Part shown: positions 29,001 through 40,000 of the stretch, in pieces | How positions within the stretch are numbered: position 1 is the first letter of the stretch | Layout: the number at the start of each line of letters is the position of its first letter | Assembly (NCBI GenBank): GCA_036574205.1 | Contig: JAINCQ010000040.1 | Coordinates: 32,001-96,000 of the forward strand | Reading direction: 5' to 3' | Source of the DNA: Elusimicrobiota bacterium | GTDB taxonomy: Bacteria > Elusimicrobiota > Elusimicrobia > Elusimicrobiales > UBA9959 | Length of the DNA stretch: 64,000 bases | Translations under genes and position numbers: made by a program | The notes under the pieces: model-generated | Seen by the model: the letters and a program-made list of their open reading frames with translations, nothing else | Databases searched by the model: none | What the model was told of the DNA's origin: nothing

Positions 29001-29846
29001 ATGAAACAAATAGAAAAAATAATAAAAAGCGCATTAAGGGAAGATATTAATGGCGGGGATATTACAACAATGTTTTTTATTGATAAAAAATCTTTATTTA
29101 AGGGTGTTATGATAGCAAAATCAAATATGATTTTATGCGGCACAGATTTTGCTATAACCTGTTTTAGGCTTCTAAATAATAATTTAAAAGTTAAAAAATT
29201 AAAGAATGATGGCGATTTCGTTAAAAAGAAAGAAATTATAATGGAGATAATCTCAGATAGAAGTATTTTAAGCGCCGAAAGAACTGCTTTAAATATAGTT
29301 CAGAGATTAAGCGGGATAGCATCAAAGACTCATAACTTTGTTAAAATAGCAGAAAAATATGGTGTTAGTATATTTGATACAAGGAAAACGACACCCAATC
29401 TAAGAATAATGGAAAAATATGCTGTAAACTGCGGTGGAGGAGTTAATCATAGATTTGGACTTTTTGATGCATTTATGATAAAAGATAATCATATAAAGGC
29501 TTTTAATAATTTAAATGAGATAGAAAAAAAAATTAAAATTGCAAGAAAAAAACATCCTGAAAAAGAGATTGAGATAGAAGCGCAAAATATAAAACAGGCA
29601 AGTAATTTTGCAGATCTTGATATTGATGTTATAATGTTAGATAACATAAAACTCAAAGATGCAAAAAAAGCCATTGAAATCATAAGAAAAAAGAGAAAAG
29701 ACATTGAAATTGAAATATCTGGCGGAATAACTGAAAAAAATTTTGTGGATTACCTTAAATTGAAACCGGATAGAATCTCAATCGGCGCTCTTACTCACTC
29801 ATATGACTCCGCAGATATATCTCTTGAAATTGAGAAAATAAGATGA
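29001..29846 (+). CDS. nadC: Nicotinate-nucleotide pyrophosphorylase (carboxylating)
   Basis: ED...GDITT, AERTALN, DTRKTTP, NHRFGL, IKDNH, IMLDN, ISIGALTHS; ATG 29001 preferred over TTG 28977. Confidence 0.95.
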   Translation: MKQIEKIIKSALREDINGGDITTMFFIDKKSLFKGVMIAKSNMILCGTDFAITCFRLLNNNLKVKKLKNDGDFVKKKEIIMEIISDRSILSAERTALNIVQRLSGIASKTHNFVKIAEKYGVSIFDTRKTTPNLRIMEKYAVNCGGGVNHRFGLFDAFMIKDNHIKAFNNLNEIEKKIKIARKKHPEKEIEIEAQNIKQASNFADLDIDVIMLDNIKLKDAKKAIEIIRKKRKDIEIEISGGITEKNFVDYLKLKPDRISIGALTHSYDSADISLEIEKIR

Positions 29847-30409
29847 ACTTATGTGGGATAAATTTTTTAGTCGTTCTTAATAAGATTGACTCTACGCAAA
29901 CACTGGCAAAAAAATTAATTAACAATAGTCAGATTCAAAAAAAAGATAAAATATTAATAATTTCAAAAACTCAATATGCTGGAAGAGGACAAAAAGATAA
30001 CAAATGGTCAAGTGAATATGGAGGACTTTATTTTTCTTTTATTACCAGAACAGGTGAAAAAAATATAAAAGATATCCAGAAATTATCATTAATCACAGCA
30101 AAAGCGATAAAAGATACAATAGAAAAAATTTATAATATAAAATGTTTTATAAAGCATCCAAATGATATTTATGTCAATCAAAACAATAAAAAGATATCAG
30201 GGATATTAATTGAAACAATTCCATATGGTAAGATAAGATATATAATTACTGGCATAGGAGTTAACTTCCATAACAAAATCCCACAAGAACTAAAAAATAC
30301 CGCCACAACAATATATGAGATTACAAAAAGAAAAAATAATCAGGAGCTATTTCTTAAAGATTTTTTTTCTAAATACTTTAAATTGACAGATTTTTTATAT
30401 GAACCATAA
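29843..30409 (+). CDS. birA: Biotin--protein ligase (no DNA-binding domain)
   Basis: IDSTQ, QYAGRGQ, KHPNDI, KKISGILIE, GIGVN. Confidence 0.88.
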   Translation: MNLCGINFLVVLNKIDSTQTLAKKLINNSQIQKKDKILIISKTQYAGRGQKDNKWSSEYGGLYFSFITRTGEKNIKDIQKLSLITAKAIKDTIEKIYNIKCFIKHPNDIYVNQNNKKISGILIETIPYGKIRYIITGIGVNFHNKIPQELKNTATTIYEITKRKNNQELFLKDFFSKYFKLTDFLYEP

Positions 30410-31238
30410 AATAGCAGAAATTTCAAAAGAACTTAATATTACAGATTTTGCGATAATATCATATGAAAGCCTTAAAAAAGCAATAAAATATCCATATGAA
30501 ATATTAAAGGGATATCCTCCTGAAATAAAAAAATACTTAGAGGAAGAAAATGTTGATTTAAAAAATTTTTTCCCTGAGGTTAAATCTGTAATAGTCTGTA
30601 TCTTTCAATACTGGAACAGTAAAAAAAGTTATGAGTCTGAAATTAAGAAAATAAATGATATAAATCTTTTTCTAAATCAAAGAAAGGGAAAAATAGAAAA
30701 TCCCCAATTAATAAAGAATAGAAAGTTTAAAATATCAAGATATGCTCTTGTGGATGAATATCATAAAAAAATAAAAGAAACACTTAAAAATATGATTGAT
30801 AAAATTAAAACTATAAATCCAGAAACTAAAGGCAAAATATTTGTGGATAGTTCAGGGATATTTGAAAAACAAATTGCTGCTGCATCAAACCTTGGATTTT
30901 ATGGAAGAAACACAGTTTTAATAAATCCTGTATATGGAAGTTATTTTTTTATAGGTGGAATTGCATTAAATATAAAATTGGATGAAATGATACCCTCCAA
31001 AAAAGAAAATTTACTGTGCAATAGTTGTAGATTGTGTGAAGAAAGATGTCCCACAAAGGCGTTGAAGGATTTTAAAATAGATCCCTCAAAATGCATTTCA
31101 TACTGGACAACTCATCCGGGAAAACACAAAATCCCGGATAATTTAATGAAAACATCTGAATATATTTTTGGATGTGACATATGCCAGGAATGCTGTCCAT
31201 ATAATCAAAACATCCCAAAAGCAAAAAGTATTTTCTAA
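30399..31238 (+). CDS. queG: Epoxyqueuosine reductase QueG-like Fe-S protein
   Basis: ISRYA...YH, FVDS..IFEK, GRNTVLINP.YGSYFFIG, CNSCRLCEERCPT, CISY, FGCDICQECCPYN. Confidence 0.88.
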   Translation: MNHKIAEISKELNITDFAIISYESLKKAIKYPYEILKGYPPEIKKYLEEENVDLKNFFPEVKSVIVCIFQYWNSKKSYESEIKKINDINLFLNQRKGKIENPQLIKNRKFKISRYALVDEYHKKIKETLKNMIDKIKTINPETKGKIFVDSSGIFEKQIAAASNLGFYGRNTVLINPVYGSYFFIGGIALNIKLDEMIPSKKENLLCNSCRLCEERCPTKALKDFKIDPSKCISYWTTHPGKHKIPDNLMKTSEYIFGCDICQECCPYNQNIPKAKSIF

Positions 31239-31250
31239 TGAATTTTAAAT

Positions 31251-32983
31251 TTATTTTCTCAAATCTAAAAGAATATAAATAAAAATCTCTGAGAAATTAT
31301 CTTTCCCAACACCATTATCTTTTATATATCTTAACATCTCATCCTTAATTTTTTTAAAAGAGCGAGTATCTTTTTCCGCTATTAGATAAATATATTCAAA
31401 ATCATAAGGTTTTAAAAATTTATATTCGTTTCTTTTTAAAAATTCTTTATCAACAAGAGTTTTTTTCACAAAAACCATATTCTTTCTATCAAAATAAATC
31501 AACCCCCACTTATCAAAATTTATATTCTTAATAAAATATGGCCTTGCTACAAAATATTCTCTTTCATTATTGATAACTTTATACATTTCCTTTTTGACAG
31601 ATGGAGGAATATGAAAATAAAGAAGGCCAAAGTTGTATTTTCTGTCATATTTTTCGAAATTATTTGAATTCTTAGTAGTTTCAATATATTCTTCAAGCAT
31701 ATTTGAAAATATATATCTTCCATCCATAAATGTTTTATTATAGCCATACAATCCAAAAGCAAGACTGCCACCAGTATTCCATCCATTATAAAGCTTAAGA
31801 GATCCAAGATATTCTTTGTTTTTAACAATAAAATTTATAGACGCATCGCTTACCCACTGATTGACATAAAAACCGTTTTCAATTAAAACTTTTATATTCT
31901 TTTCAAACTGATTAAACCCTTTAAATAAAATAAATGATACAAGCAAAATTGCCAAGATATTTTTTAGTGCTGATGAAGCAAAACCAAGAAAATACTTAAT
32001 CCCCAAAAAAGATACAATAATAAAAGTATAGATAGTTATCCTTTGATGCAAAAAACCTGAAATAACAAAATAAGCAATTAAAATAATTTCGGTAAAATTC
32101 AACCGTTTATTTTTAAAATTCCAGTAAATGTAAGCGATAAGATTTACTCCAACTGAAATAATATATGTAATATAATTTTCCCGTTTTATATCCACAGGCA
32201 TCCACTCATATATATATTTTTCAAAGATTTTAACGCTTACAAGGTTTTCCAAAAAAACTAAATATATCTTTAACCCAAATGGATTTATTAAAGTGGCAAA
32301 AAAAGAAACAATAAAGAGCTGTAGATAGATGTCGTTCAGGTTAAACCACTTTCTTTTTTCAAATGATATAACTCTATTTATTAAACCTCCTATAAAAAAA
32401 ACAGATATCAAAAACAATCCATATACAAAACCACTATGTACATTAGCCCATAAAGCAAAGATAATTACAAAATAAAAATAATATTTTTTCCTTTTTTCCA
32501 TTCCAATCCCAAAATCTATCCTGTTTAAAAGCCGAAGTATTATAACAAAGAAAACAACAGAATAATTTTCGCTCTTAAAGTCAAGACTGTCTATTAAAAT
32601 ATATGAAAAAAGCGGGAAAAACCATAATAAGTTTAAGGAAGGAAATTTCAAATCCTTCAATAATCCGCCAACCGCTAAAAATAGAACAAGCAAGGTTATT
32701 ATTTTAAAAACATATATACCCCCATATCCCCAAAAAAAGTAAAAAAGCCAGGATATCAAATTCACCGCCCAGCTATGACTTATCCACTGTTTATTTTCAT
32801 TCGTCCAGCTTATAAAATCATAATTTGTTATACTCTTGTTTTCAAGGATATGTTTCCCATCTGCAAGATGCCATCCAAGATCGGCATTATATACAGGGAA
32901 AGATATAAAAAGAAAACTTATTACAAATGCAAGTAAAAAATGAAGATAAAAATCTTGTTTTTTTTATCACTTAAAAAATCCAT
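31251..32983 (-). pseudogene. Polytopic membrane protein (GT-C-like, DxxWHL..G family) with a 1-nt frameshift near its 5' end
   Basis: The frame of ORF 31251-32765 continues upstream through a TM helix and NADLGWHLADGKHI; the natural ATG at 32983 is 1 nt out of frame across homopolymer runs at 32935-32978; downstream motifs WANVHSGF, INPFG, EW, FMDGR. Confidence 0.65.
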
Positions 32984-32995
32984 ATATGAAATTTG

Positions 32996-33238
32996 CTATT
33001 TTCCTATAACTCCGACTGAATTATATTTTATCCGTTCAATTGACAAAGGACTTACTATAGAGGTTGCTGGAAGTACAATTTCGTTATTTTTGAAATACTT
33101 TTTCCTCAACTCCCAGTCGCCTATGAAAACTTTTCTTTGTGGTTCTGACAATTTTCTTTTAACAGCGTCTTTATCTAAAACATCAACTTCCTTTAAAATA
33201 TTACAATATATTACCTCGGCTATATGCCTTATATCCAT
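32996..33238 (-). CDS. Small microcompartment-associated-like protein, possibly degenerate
   Basis: N-terminal amphipathic helix; PATSIVSPLS resembles the 'AIITPLA' motif of BMC-locus proteins; follows the BMC shell gene. Confidence 0.5.
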   Translation of the reverse strand: MDIRHIAEVIYCNILKEVDVLDKDAVKRKLSEPQRKVFIGDWELRKKYFKNNEIVLPATSIVSPLSIERIKYNSVGVIGK

Positions 33239-33262
33239 AGAATAATCTTCAAAAATTCACAT

Positions 33263-33558
33263 TCAGACAACTTTAACTGAAATTCTCGAAAGATATTTTT
33301 CAAGATCCTCATGAGGTCTTGGGATCAGATGTATGCCAACACGCTCTCCAACTTTCTGAGCACTAGCGGCACCAGCTTCTACAGCCGATCTTACCGCTTT
33401 AACCTCCCCAACGCATAAAGTAGTTACATATCCAGACCCTATCTTCTCATATCCTATAAGTCTTACCTTATAAGCTTTAGCCATAGCGTCTGAAGTTTCT
33501 GTCATAGCTGTAAATCCTTTGTCTCTACCATTGTAGGATCTTCTTTCATCTCTGCCAT
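33263..33558 (-). pseudogene. BMC-H shell protein (EutM/PduA-like), frameshifted and degenerate
   Basis: KGFTAM.E.SDAMAKA, YEKIGSGYVT, GEV.AVRSAVEAGA, IPRPH; the SD-preceded ATG at 33558 gives MAEMKEDPTMVET in a frame shifted by 1 nt at about 33518-33520. Confidence 0.75.
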
Positions 33559-33577
33559 AATACTCCATAAATAATTA

Positions 33578-34351
33578 TCAATATTTTCCATCACCTGAAG
33601 CTTTAGCAGTAATTATAGCTACACTTGCGCTGGTTCCAAGTCTTGTTGCTCCAGCTTTAATCATCTCATAGGCAGTTTTTGCGTCTCTTATACCACCTGA
33701 AGCCTTCACACCCATTTCAGGACCTACAACCTCTCTCATTAACTTAACATCTTCAACTGTAGCGCCAGCTGGAGCAAAACCAGTTGATGTCTTAACAAAA
33801 TCAGCTTTTGCAAGTTTTGCTAATTTACATGCTTTTATCTTTTCATCCCTTGTAAGATAAGCAGTTTCTATTATCACCTTCAAAATTTTGCCATAAGTTG
33901 CTTCTCTAACTGCTTTTATGTCCTCCAATACAAGTGTATCATTTCCAGATTTTAAAGCTCCTATATTTATGACCATATCTATTTCATCAGCCCCATTAGC
34001 TATTCCATCCCGCGCTTCTATAGCTTTTACTATATGAGTAGTTGAACCAAGAGGAAAGCCTATAACCGTACATACTTTTACTTTGCTTCCTTTTAAAAGC
34101 TTTGAAGCAAGTGACACATAAACTGGGTTTACGCAAACAGATGCAAAACCATATTGCCTTGCTTCCTGACATAATTTTACTATCTCTTGCTCTGTAGCGT
34201 TGGCTTTTAAAAGAGTATGATCTATTATACCAGCTAATTGAAGAGGGGCTTTATCGAGATTATTTTGTTCAGTTATATCATTATTCTGATTTTCAAGAGG
34301 ATTTATTTTTACCATCTCATCAGCTATTTTCTTTATTTCATCATCTTGCAT
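33578..34351 (-). CDS. deoC: Deoxyribose-phosphate aldolase with N-terminal extension
   Basis: [54 protein letters not shown]; about 38 extra N-terminal residues. Confidence 0.96.
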   Translation of the reverse strand: MQDDEIKKIADEMVKINPLENQNNDITEQNNLDKAPLQLAGIIDHTLLKANATEQEIVKLCQEARQYGFASVCVNPVYVSLASKLLKGSKVKVCTVIGFPLGSTTHIVKAIEARDGIANGADEIDMVINIGALKSGNDTLVLEDIKAVREATYGKILKVIIETAYLTRDEKIKACKLAKLAKADFVKTSTGFAPAGATVEDVKLMREVVGPEMGVKASGGIRDAKTAYEMIKAGATRLGTSASVAIITAKASGDGKY

Positions 34352-34486
34352 ATCTTTCTCCTTAATTTACGAATCCTACACTATCTATTATAGCAAACAG
34401 TACGTTATTACTCTACTATATTACTATATGAATGATCATGCTATTTTTTTTAAAACAAAAAAGATTAAACCATAAAATAAACAATA

Positions 34487-36523
34487 CTAATAATCTCTTT
34501 CTTCATCAAATTTTCGCCAGGGCTTGAAGAATTCATCAATCTCTCTATCTATATTGTTTTTCCTGTAAGGATCGTTCATTTTCATTGTAACATAAAAGAA
34601 AAACTCATTTACATCTTTTCTATTTCTAAATAAAAATTTAGCCCTGAAATCATGAAACTCCTTGTTTATGATAAATGATTTTTCAAAAAACTTTACCCCC
34701 ATATCTTTTGAAAAATCCACATAATATCGCAGTGTAAATTCTCCATACCATCCTTTTTGTGGGGAAGGGTAATATCCAATAGTATTTGAAATTATAAATC
34801 GCTCTCTATTGCTTGCATAGTTAGCAAAACCAATATTAAGATAATTTTTATCATAATCTGAACTCAATTGAGTAATAAAACTTTTATTTCCTTTGTTTAT
34901 ATCGTAATCGTCTTTGAAATATATTTCATAGTTGGAAAACTTTTTATAAAACTCAAAGGAAAATGGCGAAAACCTGTCCTTAAATTTAAGGTGATTGTTC
35001 CTTAAATCGTAATTGTTATTAAATCTAAAATATTTATCTATACTATTAAAAAGGTAAATACTAAGACTCAGATTACTTTTTTCAACCCCCTTATCAGCAG
35101 AGTCTTTATCTATAGAAATTTTATTTTCTTTAGACCTGAAAATTCCATTATATCCCAATTCATATGAGTTTGAAAGAGTTGAATATCTTAAACCTGAATT
35201 ATAATAATATCTTGAAATCACAACATCGCTTAAGTTAGAAGATGTGGAAAATTTTATATTCCCTGAATAAGAAACCGAATTATAAAATGAAACCTTTTTA
35301 GAAATATTGAAACTATTTGACAGAGTATAAACTCCGGATATTTTTTTGCGAAAAAATGTATTATCATATCTTGAATTTTCAACAGAAAGATAAAGAGAAT
35401 GATTTATAGGAAGAAATTTTATTTTTTGAGTTATTGTTTGGTATTCAAGTTTTGGAGATATATTCGTTGCTTCAATAAATTCATAATCTCCATAACGTTT
35501 ATATAACACTTTTGTATTTGCCCTTAAATATGAAAAAGGCATCTTATAGGTTAAAGAAATATCCCATTGTTTGTCGTCAGATATGGCAAAAGGATTTGAC
35601 CTGAAATAATTATTATTAAAATCGGGGGATGACATAAGTCTTATATAATTTTGTAGATAAAGCTCATTTCTGTCTTTTTCGTATATTTTTGTCCACATCC
35701 CACCATTTAAGCCCCATTGAATCTGTCCATCACCATATTCGTCTATTCTATAATATGAAACATCAAGTTTTATATTGTCTTTGTTATACTTGTACACCTC
35801 ACCACCAAATCCCCATCCTCTTCTGGAAAAATAATCCACAAAGAGCTTGAACTTGGTATAACTTGAGAATTTATAAGTATAGTTGGACTTAATATAAAAA
35901 CCGTTTCTTTTATCATACCCCGGGTAAAACTGACTTAAAACAGGCGTTCCTTTCCCAAGCGGTTTGTATATCAATGGGAAATATAAGATAGGAACTTTAC
36001 CAATATAAAAAATATTATTATATGAAAGAAAATATTTTCCGGAAACAAAGCTTAATCTCTGTGAAGATATATGATAATGCGGAGGGTTCTTATCGCATGT
36101 AGTAAAAAAAGAGGATTTATAAATATATTTATCCCCATTTATTTCTATTTTTTTTCCTTTCATTATAAATCGGTCATAACGTGAAATGCCTTTTTCAAAA
36201 ACACCTTTGTTTTCCTTAAAATCATATTCTCCTTTTTCAGCATTTATTATCATAGAAGATGTTTCCACAGTAAAAGAAGTCTTAAGAACAATACTTGAAG
36301 ATGCTATATTGACTATTGCATTATCACTTTTAATTTTCACTATAACTAAATTATCTTCGTTCAAATTATTTATAATAACATTTGTGGAAAGTTCTATTAC
36401 TGATTTTATATCATCATAGAAAGCCCATTCACTTTTAAACTCTATTTTTTTAAAAGATGATTCATCAAACTGATAAGAATAAGAGAATGAACAAAAAAAG
36501 AATAGAAAAGCGATTAATTTCAT
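34487..36523 (-). CDS. lptD: LPS-assembly protein LptD-like outer-membrane protein
   Basis: Signal peptide, FTTCD..PHY, VPILYFP, long aromatic beta-strand C-terminal region. Confidence 0.72.
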   Translation of the reverse strand: MKLIAFLFFFCSFSYSYQFDESSFKKIEFKSEWAFYDDIKSVIELSTNVIINNLNEDNLVIVKIKSDNAIVNIASSSIVLKTSFTVETSSMIINAEKGEYDFKENKGVFEKGISRYDRFIMKGKKIEINGDKYIYKSSFFTTCDKNPPHYHISSQRLSFVSGKYFLSYNNIFYIGKVPILYFPLIYKPLGKGTPVLSQFYPGYDKRNGFYIKSNYTYKFSSYTKFKLFVDYFSRRGWGFGGEVYKYNKDNIKLDVSYYRIDEYGDGQIQWGLNGGMWTKIYEKDRNELYLQNYIRLMSSPDFNNNYFRSNPFAISDDKQWDISLTYKMPFSYLRANTKVLYKRYGDYEFIEATNISPKLEYQTITQKIKFLPINHSLYLSVENSRYDNTFFRKKISGVYTLSNSFNISKKVSFYNSVSYSGNIKFSTSSNLSDVVISRYYYNSGLRYSTLSNSYELGYNGIFRSKENKISIDKDSADKGVEKSNLSLSIYLFNSIDKYFRFNNNYDLRNNHLKFKDRFSPFSFEFYKKFSNYEIYFKDDYDINKGNKSFITQLSSDYDKNYLNIGFANYASNRERFIISNTIGYYPSPQKGWYGEFTLRYYVDFSKDMGVKFFEKSFIINKEFHDFRAKFLFRNRKDVNEFFFYVTMKMNDPYRKNNIDREIDEFFKPWRKFDEERDY

Positions 36524-37458
36524 CTTTTTTCAAAAACAAAAGCTGCTGCCCCCATTACTCCAACATTATAATGACGAGAAACTATTATTTTTGAAAATTT
36601 TATCGGAGCTTTTATACCAAATTCGCAAAGCCTTTTTTTTACATATGGCATAAAGAATCTTGCCGCCCGTGAAACTCCACCGCATAAAACAACTCTATCC
36701 GGGTTAAAAGATAAAATCACATTCCCTATCCCGGTACCAAGACTAACCCCATATTCACTCCATAATTTAAGAGCCACAGGATCGCCTTTTAAAGCAGCAT
36801 TATACAGAAGTTTTGGAGATAATTCTTTTTCCTCCATAGAATATTTTTTAATATAATCAGACAAATTCTTAATTTTTTTAATGGCATTTTTTTTAAGAGA
36901 ATATGTAGAACAATATGCTTCAAGACAACCATAATTTCCACAGTTGCATTTCTCACCTCTATAATTGATAACCATATGGCCAAACTCTCCAGCGCTTGAG
37001 CTTGAACCACAATAAAGTTTACCATCCAATATTATTCCACCTCCAATTCCTGTTCCAAGCGTAAAAACTGCGACATTCTTAAATTTTCTTTTTAAGTCAA
37101 ATATAAAGCATCCCCATGCTGCCATATTGGCATCGTTTTGAACTATACACTTAAGATTAGAGAGATTCTCAATATCTTTTTTAATATACTTATTTTTCCA
37201 GCCACTTAAATTTGGAGCGTATCTCAACACCCCGTTATTACTATCAACATCTCCGGCTATGGCAAAACAACACCCTGCTAGTTTCTGTTTATATTTTTTT
37301 CTCATATCAGAGATGATGTTAGAGATTTTTCTTATAAATAATCCATATCCTTTTTCAACATCGGTAGTAGTCTCAAATACTTCAAGGAGTTCCTTTTTTT
37401 CATTCATAGCCGCAACTTTTATATTTGTGCCTCCAACATCAATACCTAAAGATATCAT
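36520..37458 (-). CDS. ROK family sugar kinase (glucokinase/GlcNAc kinase-like)
   Basis: GIDVGGT, NDANMAA, TLGTGIGGG, AGEFGHM, CNCGNYGCLEAY. Confidence 0.92.
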   Translation of the reverse strand: MISLGIDVGGTNIKVAAMNEKKELLEVFETTTDVEKGYGLFIRKISNIISDMRKKYKQKLAGCCFAIAGDVDSNNGVLRYAPNLSGWKNKYIKKDIENLSNLKCIVQNDANMAAWGCFIFDLKRKFKNVAVFTLGTGIGGGIILDGKLYCGSSSSAGEFGHMVINYRGEKCNCGNYGCLEAYCSTYSLKKNAIKKIKNLSDYIKKYSMEEKELSPKLLYNAALKGDPVALKLWSEYGVSLGTGIGNVILSFNPDRVVLCGGVSRAARFFMPYVKKRLCEFGIKAPIKFSKIIVSRHYNVGVMGAAAFVFEKR

Positions 37459-38747
37459 AATTTCTCCTTTATAATCTTAATTGCATCAGAAGCAAGATAA
37501 AAAGAACCACAGACGCAAATATTATCAGAGACATCTAATGCCGCTTTTAAAGCCATTTCTATATCGGAGTTTACAGAGACATCAATCGAGGGATCTAATG
37601 AAGAAATTTTATTGGCTATAAAAACTGGATTAATTCTTTTATAATTATCTATATCAGAAATGAAAATATTTTTAAATATCCCTGCGTCAATTATTTTTTT
37701 AATAACAGACTCATAGTCTTTTGTAGATAAAATAGAGAATATTAAAACAGGATCGGTTATTTTAAAAAATAGAACATTTTCTATAAAGATTGAAATAGCT
37801 TGAGGATTATGCGCTCCATCAAGAATAAAACGCTTTTTTACGCCATTTATATATTTTTCAATAATATCAAATCTGCAATTTATAGATATATTAGAGACAG
37901 CTGTTTTTAAAACTGCTTTATCAACTTTAACCCCAATCTCCTTAAGCCCGTCTAAAACCATTGAAAGATTTGCTGTCTGTTTGATCCCCATAATATTTAT
38001 ATCGCATTTTATCCCATCCTCGTCGCTTTCAATTGTCATAAGGCGATTTTTTATATCAAAATCAATAATCTTAAATCTATCGCGACTTACAACCATTTTT
38101 GCGTTTTCTATACTACATTTTTCCTGTATTGCTTTTTTTGAATCATCATCTATATCACCAACTACACACACTGAATTTTTCTTTATAATCCCTGATTTTT
38201 GCCGTGCTATCTCAATTTTTTCTTTTCCAAGCATTTCAGTATGGTCAAGATCTATTGAGGTTATAAAACATAATCTGGAGTTTTCAATTACATTTGTGGT
38301 ATCATAAATCCCGCCTATTCCAACCTCTATAACCGCATAATCCACTTTATCGGCGAAATATCTGAAAGCTATAAGTGTCATTATCTCAAAAAAACTTAAA
38401 TCCCTTGAAATAGCATAAACATCCTCAAATATTTTTATAAATTCCACTTTTGTAATATTTTTACCATTTAACTGAATTCTTTCTGTAAGTGAGTTTATAT
38501 GCGGAGAAACGTAAAGCGCCGTTCTATAGCCAAGATTTCTCAATATAGATTCAGTTATATAAGCAACGGAGCCCTTCCCATTTGTACCAGTTATATGAAT
38601 TACTTCTCCAATTCTTTTATGGGGATTTTCAAGTTTTTCAAGCACCTCTACAATATTCCCAAACCCGCTTTTTTTAATCTGGGAATGCTTTGTATATAAA
38701 AGATTTTCAATCTCAGCAAATCTAACATCTATCTTTTCGTCTATCAT
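37455..38747 (-). CDS. folC: Dihydrofolate synthase / folylpolyglutamate synthase
   Basis: HITGTNGKGS, SPHI..TERI, EVGIGG.YDTTN, LDHT, LDGAHNP, CGSFYL. Confidence 0.95.
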   Translation of the reverse strand: MIDEKIDVRFAEIENLLYTKHSQIKKSGFGNIVEVLEKLENPHKRIGEVIHITGTNGKGSVAYITESILRNLGYRTALYVSPHINSLTERIQLNGKNITKVEFIKIFEDVYAISRDLSFFEIMTLIAFRYFADKVDYAVIEVGIGGIYDTTNVIENSRLCFITSIDLDHTEMLGKEKIEIARQKSGIIKKNSVCVVGDIDDDSKKAIQEKCSIENAKMVVSRDRFKIIDFDIKNRLMTIESDEDGIKCDINIMGIKQTANLSMVLDGLKEIGVKVDKAVLKTAVSNISINCRFDIIEKYINGVKKRFILDGAHNPQAISIFIENVLFFKITDPVLIFSILSTKDYESVIKKIIDAGIFKNIFISDIDNYKRINPVFIANKISSLDPSIDVSVNSDIEMALKAALDVSDNICVCGSFYLASDAIKIIKEKL

Positions 38748-40000
38748 TATTCTCCAACCCTCTTAATTTTAACACCCAATAAAGCCAGCTTGGATTCTAT
38801 CCCTTCATATCCTCTATCTATGTGGTAGACCCTTCTAATTTTACTGATTCCCTCAGCTTTTGCTCCTGCTATAACAAGACCGGCTGCGGCTCTTAGATCG
38901 CTTGCCATAACCGTTGCCCCAATAAGACTCTTTACTCCATTAACGAACGCAGTATTTCTTTTTATGGTTATATCAGCGCCCATTCTAACCATCTCAGGAA
39001 CATGCATAAATCTATTTTCAAATATGCTTTCAACTATTTTTGAAGAGCCGCTGGCTACGCTCATATAAGCCATCCACTGAGCCTGTAAATCAGTCGGAAA
39101 ACCAGGATAAGGAGCGGTAGTTATTGAGCAAGGTTTTATCCTGCCACTGGACTTTATATGGATATTCTCTTCACAAATTTTTATTTCTGCGCCAGTCTTT
39201 TTTAATTTTGATATTAAAGCAGTAAGATGTGAGGGTTGACAGGATTTTAAAGTAAGCACTCCACCACAGGTCGCACATAATAAAAGAAACGTCCCGGCTT
39301 CAATTCTATCAGGTATAACGCTATGAGAAAAACCAATAAGATTTTTTGTTCCTTTTATAACTATCTCAGAACTACCGTCTCCTGATATATCAGCTCCCAT
39401 TTTTTTCAAAACAGCAGCAAGATCCGATATCTCAGGTTCTTTAGCAGCATTTCTTATAACAGTTTTACCATCTATTAATGAAGCTGCCATCATTAAATTT
39501 TCAGTTGCTCCAACGCTTGGAAATTTAAGATAAATATTAGCTGGTTTCAATTTTTTTGCTTTGAGAATAACATATCCACCATCTAAAACTACATTTGCTC
39601 CCATTTTTTTAAAACCCTCTAAATGTATATCTATTGGCCTTACACCTATAGCACACCCGCCGGGCATAGAAAATTTAGCATAACCAAATCTTGCCAGCAT
39701 TGGACCTGAAACCAGAACAGATGCTCTCATCTTCCTAACAAGATCATAAGGAGCTTCTGTTTTTATTTTGCTATTTTCAATTACCTTAAAACGATTATTT
39801 TCAAAAAAACACGTCTTTCCCGAATATGACAAAAGTTCATAAGTAGTTTTTATATCCATAAGCTGTGGAACATTTTCCAGCTTACACTCATCCCCGGTTA
39901 ATATCGTTGCAAAGAGGATAGCAAGAGCAGAATTTTTTGAACCACTTATGTTAATTTCGCCTTTTATTTTAGATGGCCCCTCTATTATAAAACTATCCAT
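38747..40000 (-). CDS. murA: UDP-N-acetylglucosamine 1-carboxyvinyltransferase
   Basis: SGSKNS, KMRASV, PGGCAIGVRPIDIH, SVGATEN, PGFPTDLQ, IFENRF, DLRAAA, HIDRGYE. Confidence 0.98.
   Translation of the reverse strand: MDSFIIEGPSKIKGEINISGSKNSALAILFATILTGDECKLENVPQLMDIKTTYELLSYSGKTCFFENNRFKVIENSKIKTEAPYDLVRKMRASVLVSGPMLARFGYAKFSMPGGCAIGVRPIDIHLEGFKKMGANVVLDGGYVILKAKKLKPANIYLKFPSVGATENLMMAASLIDGKTVIRNAAKEPEISDLAAVLKKMGADISGDGSSEIVIKGTKNLIGFSHSVIPDRIEAGTFLLLCATCGGVLTLKSCQPSHLTALISKLKKTGAEIKICEENIHIKSSGRIKPCSITTAPYPGFPTDLQAQWMAYMSVASGSSKIVESIFENRFMHVPEMVRMGADITIKRNTAFVNGVKSLIGATVMASDLRAAAGLVIAGAKAEGISKIRRVYHIDRGYEGIESKLALLGVKIKRVGE

Noticed and set aside
32940..33245. 101-aa plus-strand ORF
   Set aside because: It is antisense to the BMC-associated ORF and the frameshifted gene start; the minus-strand operon explains the region better.
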